Shown piece by piece: positions 61,420 to 64,000 of a DNA stretch of 64,000 nucleotides. The position numbers were made by a program, and so were the translations under genes. Positions within the stretch are counted from its first letter, which is position 1. Each line of letters begins with the position of its first letter. Under the pieces are notes generated by a model that did not search any database, was not told where the DNA came from, and was given only the letters and a program-made list of their open reading frames with translations. Source of the DNA: a phage; NCBI GenBank assembly GCA_036930585.1, contig GCA_036930585.1_3066.1. One strand, 5' to 3'.

Positions 61420-64000
<2,581 letters not shown>

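Overview
This window is a contiguous segment of a T4-like (T-even, Tequatrovirus-type) phage genome, close to but not identical to T4. Protein identities are from recall of T4 sequences; nothing was searched. Coordinates 1-43090 are almost entirely minus-strand early/middle genes: recombination nuclease gp46/gp47, alpha-glucosyltransferase, late sigma gp55, NrdH, NrdG and an NrdD remnant, endonuclease VII, NrdC thioredoxin, a long run of small nrdC-region ORFs, rI, thymidine kinase, RegB, T4 lysozyme e, NudE, capsid-targeted internal proteins, a 10-tRNA cluster, Acb1/57B, 57A, gp1, then late genes 3, 2 and 4. From 43138 the plus strand carries late structural genes 53, 5, 5.4, 6-12, wac, 13-16 and the start of terminase gp17. 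Minus-strand genes are driven by a repeated promoter architecture (GTTTAC, 18 bp, TAnTAT) and closed by GC-hairpin terminators. The most notable observations are a broken anaerobic ribonucleotide reductase module (frameshifted, truncated nrdD joined to a start-less nrdG), a frameshifted glycyl-radical cofactor gene whose 3' end has host-like codon usage, a tRNA set that differs from T4, two homing-endonuclease genes (HNH and GIY-YIG), several internal-protein genes of which one is bracketed by identical 34-bp terminator repeats, and a tandem family of four coiled-coil-tailed genes. No CRISPR array, integrase or rRNA was seen. I did not find a single self-contained, clearly novel system; the candidates below are the places I would look.
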